Of a stretch of 64,000 nt of DNA, positions 12,828-25,479 are shown in pieces. The position numbers and the translations under genes are program-made. The DNA lies in assembly GCF_006345805.1 (NCBI RefSeq), contig NC_043015.1:21514001-21578000 (forward strand), read 5' to 3'. Each line of letters opens with the position of its first letter. Position 1 is the stretch's first letter. The notes under the pieces were generated by a model, which did not search any database, was not told the origin of the DNA, and saw nothing but the letters and a program-made list of their open reading frames with translations. This DNA is from Octopus sinensis (taxonomy: Eukaryota).

Positions 12828-14266
12828 CAGGGATGACATCGACTTCCTGTCCCATCTTCCCAAAACAACAGAAACAAATTCAGTTTTACTAAGTAAGCAT
12901 CTACACCAATATTCCACACGATTTAGGAATAAAGGCGATTAAATACTGGTTAGAAAAACATAGAGAAGTGATTCCCAGCAGATTCGCAGTGCCATTTATA
13001 TTAGATACAGTCAAACGTATTCTAGAAAACAACACATTCTTCTTCAATGGAAAGAATTACATCCAAATTAGAGGCACGGCGATGGGAACGAGGTTTGCTC
13101 CCGTTTACGCCAACTCTGTAATGGGATACTTATAACAACAACTCTACCAAGAGGTGGAGGTAAACTATGGCACTGGATTTAGAAAGTATATTGAAAAGGC
13201 ATGGAAGAGATACCTAGACGACTGTTTCATAATCTAGACAGAATCTCTAAATACTCTGGAAGAGTTCAATATCCTCCTGAACAACCTACACCCATCTCTC
13301 CAATTTACAAAGGAGATGAGTAGTACCAAATTACCATTCCTAGATATAATGGTAATTAAAAAAGACACCACCATCACCACAGATATATACTATAAACACA
13401 CAGACACACATCAATACCTAAATTTAAAGTCGTGCCATCCACCACATACAAAACGTAACATCCTAGCCAGAAGAATTTGCCTAGCCAGAAGAATTTGTAC
13501 CATTGTAGAAGGTGCAAATATCAGGAAGAAACGCCTAATAGAACTAAGAGAATTTTTGCTCAAACAAAAATACCGATCTCTACTTATAGAAAATGGCATA
13601 CAGCGGGCTATAAAAATACCCATACAACAACTTAGGACAACCCAAGGAAGAGGAAAACAAGAACAAGTCATACCATTCATAGTGACACACAACCCATGTC
13701 ACCAGAATATCTTCAACATTGCCAAAGCAAACCTACCAATCATTGCCCAAAGTAATGAATTAAAAGACATAATCACGGATCGAGCTATGGTGCTTAGTAA
13801 AAGACAGCCTAAAAACTCGAAAACATTACTAACAAAGGCAAAATTTGACCTTAGCAACAAAGACCTAACATTCACTGTATCTAAATGCAATGATAGCCGA
13901 TGTGGCACATGCCAATTCATACATACCGGCCAATATATAAACACAAAAACCGGGAAAATATTCACAAACGCGAATATGAACTGCAAAAGCAGAAATTTAA
14001 TTTACTGCATCAAATGCCCAAATTGTGAAGAAATATATGTAGGTCAGACGGGAAACGCACTATTAGAACGCTCACGTGTACACCGGCAACAGATTAGAGA
14101 CCCAGAGGTCCGTCAGATACCTTTGAGTAACCACCTAGCAACATGTGGCCGGAAAATGTATATAATATTTCCGTTCTACAAATTACACAGCCCAAGTGAA
14201 ATCGAGAGGAAAATCAGAGAAAAGAATTTTAATGATAAATTCGAACCCAAGCTAAATAAGCAATAA
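12828..14266 (+). pseudogene. PLE ORF copy 2: starts at RDDIDFL (the segment missing from copy 1) and runs to GIY-YIG
   Basis: Reads RDDIDFLSHLP..S[FDV missing]SIYTNIPHDLG..QIRGTAMG. Stops at 13133-13135 and 13235-13237; small deletion near 12894. Confidence 0.85.
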
Positions 14267-14760
14267 TAATAATACTTAGAGGTACTACTTCTACTGCTAC
14301 GACCATGACCACTAACAACAACAACAATACTAAAGGTGATCAAGATGAAGATAACAGGAAAATTATCTTACTTAGGGTTAAAAGTTCTATTGCCACCACC
14401 ATCACCACTAGCAACAATAATTAAGGTGCTGACAATGATGATGATGACAATTGAAATATAAAAATATAAAAATCTCTGACAAAGGCTATTTACAACATTT
14501 CTAAAAGTAACCCAACAATTGCTGCTTCGGCCAGGGTCAAGATACAGGACTCTTGACATGTCCAACAAAACGTGACGCCTAAACCAATCAGCTCAACCAA
14601 CCAATCAGCTTAAGTAATTGAGTGATACTACACACTGATTGGTCACAATACAGTTTGCAAAACCTAGCACTCTGGAGCCTACCCAGCTGTATTTATAGCA
14701 CAGAATCAATCATCTTGCTACAGTCAAAAATTGTGAAGCATGACTGTCACCACTACTACA

Positions 14761-14805
14761 TGAACCCGAAGATTGCAGAATTTAATGCATGAAAGTACTA
14801 GTTCA
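14761..14805 (+). ncRNA. Hammerhead copy with U4-to-C core change (CCGAAGA)
   Basis: Identical to the 10101-10145 motif except CCGAAGA replaces CTGAAGA. Confidence 0.7.
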
Positions 14806-14971
14806 ATCAGAATGAACATTTAACATTCTACTATTTTCTTTTATTCTATTATAATATATTATCTTATAATATATCATTATAAGATTGTAAATAAAACGTG
14901 AAAATCAGACAAGGTTGGAATTCCTTTTATTAATATATTCTTCTATACACAATCCCCCCCATATATATATG

Positions 14972-15075
<104 letters not shown>

Positions 15076-15076
15076 C

Positions 15077-15114
<38 letters not shown>

Positions 15115-15155
15115 ATATAATATATATATATATAATATATATATATATACATATA

Positions 15156-15189
<34 letters not shown>

Positions 15190-16289
15190 GCGGAGCGAAC
15201 ACAGATCGACTAAGTCTATGGAGAGATTCTCGGACGAAAATTCGCACGCAACAACATGCCACTGAACGGTGTATATGCGTTAGATATGATATATATTGGG
15301 CTATTTTAAAACAGAAAATATTTTGAAGCAGATAAATAATACCATCAAGATTGGATTGTTTATAATGCATTTGAAGTTATACGGGCATGCATCTGCCTCC
15401 TGAAATGTAAGTTTAAAACATTCAGTTGTCTTTCGACTAAACTTAGCGTGTCACGCATGATCGTGCATACAAGGAATACATACTACCTTCAACATGCAAG
15501 CACACACCCGAGTATACACATTTACAGCCCCAATCACTGTCAGATATAATAGTTACTATTGCACAATCTCATACTGACCCATGCATATATATGACTATAA
15601 ACAACACTTCGTCTAGAGTCTAGTATCTCAGTCTAGACTATAGACCAATGTATGCAAAGCGTTGTATAACAACTAATAATGTCGTTCATTGAGCGCAGTT
15701 GAGGTCCTGACTTTTTTAATACGTTCAACATCGAGGAGCCACTTCCATCAGACGCGTACAGCTTGCCTTTTCTCCCTTTATACATTTTCCTTCTTAATGT
15801 AACATTGTTCCTGCCCTATGTTTCCTGAATAAATAATATTAAACGAAAAGAAATAGATTATATTCTATTGATTGAAAGTTAATTTACTTAGTCATGTTTT
15901 TAAATCAGCTTTACCAATATTGTGAATAACTGGTCGAAGTATAACATTTACATCAGTGACATAAACACAAATTCAACATCAAATACTGTTTTCTTTTGTG
16001 GAGAAATTATCGTTTCACACTTCTACACAATTAGTCTCTACTTCAATCTTTTACAATCGTCCGGAGTTATGTTAACAGTAATAATTCATAATTAGGTGCT
16101 AATACGATTTTCCTTACTTCTAAACTAGAAACAAATAATGAAGTATAAGTGTATACGAATACGTAGGCTACCGGGATTACCACGAAAGATGTGTTAGAAC
16201 AGTGTAAACGATCTATTTTATATATCCGCTGAGATAACAGTAAGTCAAACCTATTTCGTATATAATAAAAGCTATTTCATTATATTAAT

Positions 16290-16455
16290 ACGAGACTTTT
16301 CGTCTGTCTTTACACTGTGAGTTCAAATTCCGCCGAGATAGACTTTGCCTTTCACCCTTCCCGGTCCGATAAAGTCCCAGCTGAATACCGTGGTCGATAT
16401 CACTGATTTACACCCTCGTCCGAAATTGCTGGCCTTATGAAAATATTTGTAACCT
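16290..16455 (+). mobile_element. SINE family A, partial and degenerate
   Basis: GAGTTCAAATTCCGCCGAG..GACTTTGCCTTTCA matches the family A core. Confidence 0.65.
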
Positions 16456-17568
16456 ATATTTATTTGTAACCTTTATTTATACCGAGTGAATATAGTAAGT
16501 GAGTCTAATTTTTATTTTTATTCATCGACATAGGACGTTCAAATTGTATACTTGGTAGAGTACCGCTTCCCCCGAGGTAACACATATTCTCTTTTGGATG
16601 GGTTTTAGCAGAAGCAACCCGCTGTCATTGAGTCCTTGACGAATGTGAGGTACATGCTGTCCGGCAACCACGTAAGCTTCAGGTAAACTTAGAAGACACC
16701 ATTATCACGATCAATGCGCAAACATGGTAGAAGATTGAAAAAGAGAAAAATCAGAATGTAAGAAAAACCACAGTCTGGAAGACCATCAACTACGAGAAGA
16801 TGTATGAATTAGGAATCTGTTGACCCATTGTTTCGCACATAGAGCAGAGTCAAAATCTGTGAGTTTTCTTCTTCATAAATTTTTGGAATGCAGCTGAAAG
16901 TGCTTATGCAATTCATTAGGAGAAAGAAGCAAATAAGGTACTGAAAACGATCCATAATCAACATGATAATATGTAATCACACACATCTTTGGTACTAAAT
17001 TCAGGCGAACAGCAATCGCTGATATAGCGCCCTTTGACTTTCATTTATTCTGTGTAATGAACGATTTGGTTACAGAGACGATGTGAAAGTGGCTGTGAAA
17101 AACAATGCCTACAAAATTCTTTCAATGTGGATTCAAGTATTGGATTCAACAAAGATGCAAATACATCGGGGCTTGTACCAATTATATTCAGTACTACCTT
17201 TGCAGAGAGAAGTTACAAAGCCAAATTGGGCAAGTTGAGTGATCTTTGTTAATAGAAAGGTTTTGCCTACTTCTGTTTTATTTTCAGTAGAGGTCTCGAC
17301 CGGTTTTGTGAATTAAACTGAGGAATATAATTGTAGTAATCAAACAAAATACCAATAATTAAAAAGTATTCTTAAAACTAAAATATTTCCAGTCCCATAT
17401 AAAACTGTGAATTTGAATGGACTGTTGGGGAAAAATCTCCCTCAGTTTGTTTTTGTAATATGAGAATCTCAGTTATGCTAAACACCCTTGTATCTCTCTC
17501 TGTCTCTCATATTTCTCCCGATCACACACACACACACACACTCTCTCTCTCTCTCGGCCCTTTTGCCC

Positions 17569-17975
17569 TACTCTCTTTTACTCTTTTACTTGTTTCAGTC
17601 ATTTGACTTCGGCCATGCTGGAGCACCGCCTTTAGTCGAGCAATCGACCCCGGGACTTATTCTTTGTAAGCCCAGTACTTATTCTATCGGTCTCTTTTGC
17701 CGAACCGCTAGGTAACGGGGACGTAAACACAACAGCATCGGTTGTGAAGCAATGCTAGGGGGACAAACACAGACACACAAACACACACACGCATATATAT
17801 ATACATATATACGACAGGCTTCTTTCAGTTTCCGTCTACCAAATTCACTCACAAGGCATTGGTCGGCCCGGGGCTATAGCAGAAGATACTTGCCCAAGAT
17901 GCCACGCAGTGGGACTGAACCCGGAACCATATGGTTGGTTAGCAAGCTACTTACCACACAGCCACTCCTGCGCCT
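17569..17975 (-). mobile_element. tRNA-derived SINE family B (~410 bp, CORE-SINE-like middle)
   Basis: Head TGTGGTAAG..GGTTCAGTCCC, CORE-like GCATCTTGGGCAAGT, tail ending in (AAGAGTA) repeats. Homologous to 23985-24366 and 56887-57300. Confidence 0.85.
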
Positions 17976-18295
17976 GTTTGTTTTCTATGACAGAAGTATC
18001 GCTATCTGTACAGCAAGTAGTATAAGATCCACCACTGAAACCTACAACAATTATACGACACGGCGCCCCTTAACCCCTTATTAAGCATATTTTTTTGTCC
18101 GATTCTTTGGATATTTTCATCAACCCATTCAGTCTCTAGAATACAAAATATCCAGGATGCAATTTGCGCTTCGATATTACCAGCATACATCAATCTCTTT
18201 CTTATTTTCTTTAAACGCCAGCTTGTCCAGCTATCTATTTATCCATTTTCCATGGCGAATAAGTGATCAAGCTGACATTTCCCTGAACGCGATAC

Positions 18296-18471
18296 CGGTT
18301 GGTTGCAAGATTCAAAGCCAGTAATTTTGAGGGTAAGAGACAAGTCGATTACATTGAGACCAGTATTTGAACTGATAGTTTATTTAATCGACTTCCAACG
18401 GATGACACCACACAAAGTGAACCTCGCCGGGATTTTGTCCGACGTGCTAACGACTCTAACATCTCGCCGCT
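18296..18471 (-). mobile_element. SINE family A, degenerate with internal deletion
   Basis: GTGCTAACG..CTCGCCGC end and GTCGATTACAT match family A. Confidence 0.55.
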
Positions 18472-19539
18472 TTAGAGATTAGCTGAAATTTATACAAACC
18501 GAACTACAAATATACTTGTCTCAGCACATCTTCGAAGTTTGCAAAGGCAAGGGACACAGCCTCTACTCCAGTGCCACTGAAGCATGAAGTAAATCATTTT
18601 ACAAACGTTATACGGATATTTGACATTTTTCTGAATTCTCATTATTGACGGCATAATAATTCTTAAAACATTCACTTTTTACATTTCATTAAATCTTGTT
18701 CTTTATAAAATTCTTGCAACAGTTACCAAATAAGATGTCTGTGTTTAGGTTTCAGAATTTTTCCACATGCATAGATTTACTTCTTCGTTCAAGTTATTTT
18801 CGTTCCATATTTTGCTAGTTTTCTTTTCTTTTCAAATTTTCAGTTTATTTTTATTTACATAAATATTTATGCATTTCTTTATTTTTTAAATGAAATGTTC
18901 TTCAGGTATTGAAAACTAATGTTTATATTATTTCCAGAACAAACTTTTCAGAACTTGTTCAGCTTCGAGAATATATTTTCGTACATTCTTTATCGCGTCT
19001 ATGTGTGACCGTGATACAATGTAGCTAATAAGAATTGGTACGAAAACTCAACAGCATAAAGAAGCACAATTACAAAAAAAAAGATAAACAACCAAAATTG
19101 CTCCAGGGTAAACAACAAATCAAAACATTTTATTGTCCAATAAAAATCGAGAAACTAAGTATCTTTCTATCCCTCTCGTTCCATTTCTGTTTCGGTATCT
19201 ATCTATCTAGCTATCGATGTGTATAAATTTATTCTCTATATATTATATTTATTATAACATCGTTTATCTAATTATCAATTTAAAGATGCATATGTATATA
19301 TCTACATACACACATATATGTATTTAGCATAAAAGGAGAAACGAATAAATGTCACATATAGTTGGTACTTTCAATGAAATATGAGAAGTACCTGAGCAAT
19401 ATCTGGTTTTCTGCATATATACTAAATAAGTTAATCTTAAAAGAACGTGTGGGGCGATAATGGATATACATGCGAGTCAGACCGAATTGGATCTACAAGG
19501 TTTAATATGTTTTTTGTTGCGATCTTATGGTGCATTAAA

Positions 19540-19672
19540 CATTCGCTGAGGTCGACTTTGTCTTTCATCATTTCGGGGTCGATAAATTAAGTACCAGTTG
19601 CGTACTGGGGTCAATCTATTCGACTGGCTCCCTTCCCAAGAATTTCGGGCCTTGTGCCTAGACTTGAAAAGG
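19540..19672 (+). mobile_element. SINE family A, 3' part
   Basis: GGTCGACTTTGTCTTTCATCATTTCGGGGTCGATAAATTAAGTACCAG. Confidence 0.8.
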
Positions 19673-19789
19673 ATCTTACGGTTCATTCATTAATGTTTAT
19701 GCATTAAATTCTTATATATACATTATACATACATACGTACATTCATATATATATATATTCACGAGTAAGCACAGTAATGCAAAAGAAGT

Positions 19790-20330
19790 CGGAAAGAAAT
19801 AGTACTCGAATACCAAACATGGAGTAATATATTTTTTATTAAAGCTGCAAAAACCTCACAAAAAACTATTTTTCACGATTCCGTTCGTCTAAATGGCCGT
19901 GTCACATCCTGAACAAAGATATGAATTAGATTTCCGGATGCACAAGTGAAGCTGGTCTTAATTGTGAATCTCTGTCCTTGTTTGAAGTGGAATTCCGAAC
20001 CTTCCAGTAGGTTGGGTCATGTTCCACCATTTCGAAATAAGCACTTTTCAAATGTTGGTGTCGTTGCTGTTTTTTACATTTGATGAATCTGTCTGTTTGT
20101 AGAATGTGGATTCATCTTTGGATCCCTTGTGAATATTGGTATGCCTCATAGTTTCTAGGATTGAGTGTAGATTTATAGGTAAGCATTTTGAGATGAGGTG
20201 TGGGATTTCATTTTGCTTCCCTCAGTGTTTTGATACCATAAATGAATGTGGATAGAGTTTCTGAGCTAGTGTGGATCTAAGGTCGATGGTCGAAGGTCTG
20301 TGTATTTGTATCAGACACTATTGGGAAAAT
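19790..20330 (-). pseudogene. Degenerate Penelope-like remnant (GIY-YIG linker region)
   Basis: Minus strand translates GQRFTIKTSFTCASGNLIH, matching the FTCxSxNLIY motif; many stops. Confidence 0.55.
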
Positions 20331-20429
20331 CTTTTTTGCTAAATTAAAACGAATATTGATAGTGATGTGTTTCGTGTGGCATGAACAGAATGTGTTGCTT
20401 CGTGTCTGTTGGTTTATGAAACAATGATT

Positions 20430-20640
20430 GCCTCTAGCTACTAAAGCCTTCTTTTTTAATTCTTTCTCTGTTTATTTTCTCATGATCCTTTCTGTCTAGA
20501 AACGTAAAAACCTCACCCAGCGTTAAACTAATAGACCTGTGAATTGTTTATACATCTGTCTTTGTCTTTTGTTTTTTGTAAATTCCAACTATATATATAT
20601 ATACATGCACGCAAAAAAGTATATGTGTGATCACGCTTGT
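20430..20640 (+). mobile_element. pLTR-like short repeat, family with CTGTNGA hammerhead-like motif (stem II deleted here)
   Basis: CCTTTCTGTC..GAAACGTAAAA..CAGCGTTAAA, shared with 21715-21900 and 23815-23975. Confidence 0.45.
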
Positions 20641-20814
20641 GATTGAGTGCTCTCTGACATTCTTTCTCACTACCGTGTCTCTTTTTGACTATGTTTCTGT
20701 AACAGACGTGAGATATTTCCCGAAATACGGCCTCGTTTGAACAGATTGAAAAGTTTGAACAGTTTGAAAAGCCTACAGTATATAACAAATGTGTGGATCG
20801 AAAGTCACTGAAAC

Positions 20815-20879
<65 letters not shown>

Positions 20880-21290
20880 TAATTACATTGGCAAATTAAG
20901 TAAATATAAACACCTGGAACTTGAAATATAAAAGGTATGACATCTTAAGTAAGAACGGTTCCTATTATTGCAGGTGCCATAATCCTGATAAAAAGTGGAT
21001 TTCAGAAACATCTAGATAACATCCCCGAAGAACCATGTATCAGAGTAATCCACGAGATTGTGCTGACAAGTACTGCCCACATCCTTAGAAAAACCCCATC
21101 GATTTAAATGTCTGTGTTGTATTACTTGGAGATATTTCGCTACTGCCCATGTCACTTGCCGTTCCCAAGCTTTAAGGCATATTGTAACATCTCTTATCCG
21201 TCACTCGCCCTTGGACCCCGGCTGAGTCTCGGCAAGTAGTTGTGAGAAACATGCAGGTTAAAATTAAACAACAACAAGAGCAACAAAATC
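20880..21290 (+). mobile_element. R4/Dong-like 3' remnant
   Basis: Follows (AAT)n; translates KLSKYKHLELEI..VPIIAGA..IVLTSTAHILRK. Confidence 0.7.
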
Positions 21291-21339
21291 AACAACAACA
21301 GCAAGAATAATAATAATCAACGTGTAAGAAGAAAAAATA

Positions 21340-21527
21340 AACAACTATAACGATTTGAAGTGGGAAATATGAAGGTTGTGGTCAACGAGGAGAGTAGATT
21401 TGATACCAATAGTAATTGGTGCATTTGGAAGTATCAGCACTCAACTATCAGCATGGCTGAAAAAAGAATGGTGCAACTACGAAGGTAGACCACGTATTAA
21501 AATCAGCATCGTTTGGAACTGCGAGAA
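21340..21527 (+). mobile_element. R4/Dong-like RLE C-terminal remnant
   Basis: YNDLKWEI..LWSTRRVDLIPIVIGAFG. Confidence 0.65.
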
Positions 21528-21577
<50 letters not shown>

Positions 21578-21582
21578 ATATG

Positions 21583-21628
<46 letters not shown>

Positions 21629-21714
21629 AGAAAGTAAGAAAGCTAGTGAGAGAGAGAGAGAGAGCGAGATAGATAGATGGATAGATATAAATGTTTAAAA
21701 ATAAGTGCAAATAT

Positions 21715-21900
21715 ACAAAACCAAAACAGAGGAAGGACTAAGAGCAACGAACAGTGTGTATTGTTTTAACGCTGAGGAAGAATGGAAAAAAGTCTTAACA
21801 TTTCCAAACCTAGACTCTTCTACAGAACGGAACGAGGTGAGAAAATAGAGGGAACTAGTTGGCTGGAGGCGAGGTTGACAAGGAAGGGAACTCTGATCTA
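21715..21900 (-). mobile_element. pLTR-like repeat, CTGTNGA family, degenerate
   Basis: Minus strand reads TTCCGTTCTGTAGAAGAGTCTAGGTTTGGAAATGTTAAGACT..CAGCGTTAAA. Confidence 0.5.
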
Positions 21901-22510
21901 GCAAATTTTTATGTGTGCGAAAGCAAGTACGTATGTATGTGTGAACGTCATGTGTGCATGTATATGTATAATAATTAGCGAATGCGTTGGTGTGTTTGGG
22001 CATGAACGTGTGCACATGTTAAAATTATGTGATCGTGTGTATATGATTACATAGAGGCGCTCGTGCGCATGCGTATCTTTGTGTACGAAGAAGTTCGTGT
22101 GTGTGTGGAGATATGTGTATTTATATGTGTATGCGTTTGTATGGTTGTCTGTATATGTTTGAAGCTCTCAGGCCTGCGTGTGTGCGTGTATATCACAGTA
22201 TACGCGCAGAATGTGATAAGAACATTAATTTCTTTCGACCATGCAATTGTATTACATTTAGAAGCAAATATTTGACTAACTGATATTCCACAACAGTGAT
22301 GTATGCCGTTGGCTCAAACTCTGTTCAAACGAAGGAGTGGGGGGAACTGGAAGCGTGGGTGCTGGTATATGCGCATTGAGAGGAAATGAGCGTGTGGGGG
22401 TGCTAATGTGTGTTGAGTGGGAATGAGTGGGTTTGCGAGAAGATAGCAGTGCAATGTGGGGAATGTGTAGTGTGTGTGAAAGCGAGGACGTAGGTTTAGA
22501 TAAAGAGAAG

Positions 22511-22549
<39 letters not shown>

Positions 22550-22552
<3 letters not shown>

Positions 22553-23617
22553 TTGCGGCCAAAATGTTCAGAACGGCATTGTGTTCGTCAGAAAAGTAGG
22601 TATAATTTTTTATCAAAGTTGTTTCATTTTCTATAATTTTTACAGACAATAAATACAATATTATTCGTTATTGTTTGAGATTTTGGTGTAATTTGAGAGT
22701 ATAATACAAAAATTATGGATGATTTAGTGATTTACTGCAAAACCTATGGCGGCCAAAAGGATCAGAACGGTTGATTTTACTCCGTGTTTTAATATATTTA
22801 ACCGGCGAACTCTAATGGTTTGAATTTGTTTACGTGACGGTTCGTTTACTAAACATTAGTAAGAATATCTGCAGTGTACTTTGTTAATATAATGCCACTT
22901 ACTCCGTTACCAATTCGTCAGTAGATTATTAAGCTTCGAAAGAAGGATAATTTAAGTATTTGGTCTATTGCAAAGATTGTTAACAAGTCAAAAACTATTG
23001 TTCATTGTATTCTTAAGGTCTACGATGATTGTGGTTCGTGTGAAGCAAGAAAGTATACAGGTAGGCCAAGAAAAACGACCAAGAGAGAAGATCGTGCTAT
23101 GGTAAAGTTGGTTAAACAGGACAGATTTAAAACTGCTGCTGCTGTTTCTCGGGAAATGAGCATTGTACTGAAGAAAACTTTATCTCGAAAACTGTTTCTC
23201 GTCATTTAGTTGAACATGACCTACAAGCAAGAGCACTTGCAGTGAAGCCACTGATCAGCTCCAAGAATAAAAAGTGTCATCTTACCTTTGCAAACGAACA
23301 TGTGTTGTGGTCTCAAGAAAAATGGCAAACGGTGCATTTCAGTGATGAAACTAAGTTTATGTTATTTGGCTCAGATGGGAAAAGTAGGTGAAAAATTGTC
23401 GTCTATATGCCTTAAGACTAGTGTTAAATTCGATGGAGGAAGTGTTATGGTTTGGGGGATGATATCTGGAGATGGTGTAGGCCCTTTTGTGCGATTACAC
23501 GGAAAGGTAAATGCAGAAGTTTATAAACAACTTGTAACATATCATGTCTTGCCTGTGCTGAGAAATTCAACTAAGCGACCACCCATATTCATGCAGGACA
23601 ATGCCCCATGTCACAAG
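22550..23617 (+). mobile_element. Tc1-family DNA transposon, 3'-truncated
   Basis: Starts TA|CAGTTGCGGCCAAAA inside (TA)n, with an inner repeat GCGGCCAAAAGGATCAGAACGG at ~22750. Transposase from ATG 22892 shows GRPRKT, FSDET, GGSVMVWG and QDNAPCH. Confidence 0.88.
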
Positions 23618-23814
23618 CGTGTGTGTAAATTTGCCAGAGAGAAAGTGGAATCCAAGAGACTATGTTCCGAATTACTACGATAATTTCGCCTCATAATGAA
23701 TCCATGCCGCCACATTGTCGTTGATGACACCTAGCTCAATACTATGGGCGTCCCTTAAGCAACACGCTCCAAGCTGTCTACCCTAATATAAAATTATATA
23801 TATATATATATATA

Positions 23815-23975
23815 TAGTGAGAGTGAGAATTTACAAAAAATAAAAGACGAAGACGGGTGTTTAAAATAAGAAACAGATGTATTACTTTAACACTCAAGAA
23901 GTGAGAAATCATCCACGTTTCGAGCCTACGCTCTTCGACAGAAAGGAACACAGAACTAAACAGTGAGAGAAAATA
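23815..23975 (-). mobile_element. pLTR-like repeat with hammerhead-like motif CTGTCGA-A-GAGC(gtag)GCTC-GAAACGT (23909-23947)
   Basis: Motif is seen directly; the 3' end abuts (TA)n. Confidence 0.6.
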
Positions 23976-23984
23976 ATATATACA

Positions 23985-24366
23985 TGTGTGGTAAGTAGCT
24001 TGCCTACCAACCACATAGTTCCGGGTTCAGTCCCACTGCATGGCACCTAGGGCAAGTGTCTTCTACTATAGCCTCGGGCCGACCAAAGACTTGTGAGTGG
24101 ATTTGGTAGATGGAAACTGAAAGAAGCCCGTCGTATATGTATATAAGTGTATGTGTATGAGTATGTTTGTGTCTGTGTTTGTCTCCCACCAACATCGCTT
24201 CACAACCGATACTGGTGTGTTTACGTCCTCGTAATCTAACGGCTCGGCAAAAGAGACCGAAAGAATAAGTACTGGGCTTACAATAATCCTGGGGTCAATT
24301 TGCACAACTAAAGGCGGTGCTGCCGCATGACCGCAGACAAATGACTGAAACACGTAAAAGAGTAAT
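23985..24366 (+). mobile_element. SINE family B
   Basis: TGTGGTAAGTAGCTTG..GGTTCAGTCCC..AAATGACTGAAACACGTAAAAGAGTA. Confidence 0.85.
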
Positions 24367-25433
24367 GAGAGAAAGTAGAATAATGAAAAGTTCTTGACAC
24401 AGTATAATATATTTGAAAGGGGATATTATTATCAAAATAAAAATTATCCTCCCAAACAGACATCTTTAGTCATTTTTTAAATACATCTATACAGCCACAC
24501 ACAACCACACACATACATATGTGTGTGTGTGTGTGTGTGTATGTATATAGCTAGCTAACTAGTTATGTAGACCTGTGTGTGAATGAATGTATACATGTAT
24601 ATATAAATAATATATATATATATATGTATGTACGTGTGTGTGTAGAAATATGGGGCAATACATCCACGCTCACACACATTTAGATATTTACGTGTGTATT
24701 CGATTGTGTTTTTTTTTTTATATTGCTTCCCTATAATCAATTTCATTGTACCACTAGCTGTTCTGTTATATCACACAGTCGCTATATAAAGATATTCTGA
24801 TGGCTGTCAATTGACGTAGATTTGTGCGTTGGTTTTCAATTTTAAGAAATACGTATAAAATAAATAAATACAGATTAAATTATGTTTCCTGAACAGAACA
24901 CGAAATCATGTATTTGAGAATTAGTCGAATGATCTCTGTATTTGACTGATGTTTTAAAGTACCGTCTCTGAAAGTTCTTTCGAGCAATTGAATCCTTGGT
25001 TGTATTAGGGATCAGAATACAAAGGATAGATGAGTAAAAGCTGGTAAACAATTCTGGAGGACCATCTACAGAATACATCAACAAACACGCTTTAGACATT
25101 CTCAGAACTTGATATGAAGTAAATGAAAATTAAATCTTATATTTTGTGTGATATATTACCATTCCTTTCACCTTTCGCTTTTGGTCAGAAACTAAAATTT
25201 CTAACAAGAAAAATACAAGAGAAATCACAAATGAAAATGCTTTGGAAACCGAATGTAGAACCACTAAACGTAAAAAGTATTTGATAAAGAAATCCAAGAA
25301 ATCATTCTTCGGAATATCTTTGCAAAGGATGAACAATTTGTCTAAGAGAATATTGATCCTAGAACTTTCTCTTCATTGTCATATTCTTTACTCAACAAAT
25401 ATAATTCATCACTTAAATATTTCCTATATTCCT

Positions 25434-25479
<46 letters not shown>

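Larger units (their letters stand above)
9972..14938. mobile_element. Penelope-like element (Neptune-type RT + GIY-YIG) with long inverted arms
   Basis: 9972-~11818 is the reverse complement of ~13071-14938. It encodes KQADKGG, GTAMG, YLDD, a Cys-rich linker (CNDSRCGTC) and NLIYCIKCPNC..YVGQT. Left end abuts (TA)n. Confidence 0.92.

Noticed and set aside
12810-12830. TTTTCAATTTCAG|G resembles a splice acceptor at the start of segment Y
   Set aside because: It is the inversion junction. The pyrimidines are the reverse complement of A-rich coding sequence, and no matching donor restores the ORF.
10902-13986. ORFs antisense to the PLE frames (e.g. 10902-11189, 11196-11477, 12396-12680, 13411-13692); similar ones overlap the Dong and Tx1 elements
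   Set aside because: They are shadow frames of real coding sequence on the other strand.
21730-21836. Open frame resembling a kelch-repeat exon (NSVYCFNAEEEWKKV) ending at AG|GTGAG
   Set aside because: The minus strand is a copy of the CTGTNGA repeat family, and the acceptor lacks a pyrimidine tract.
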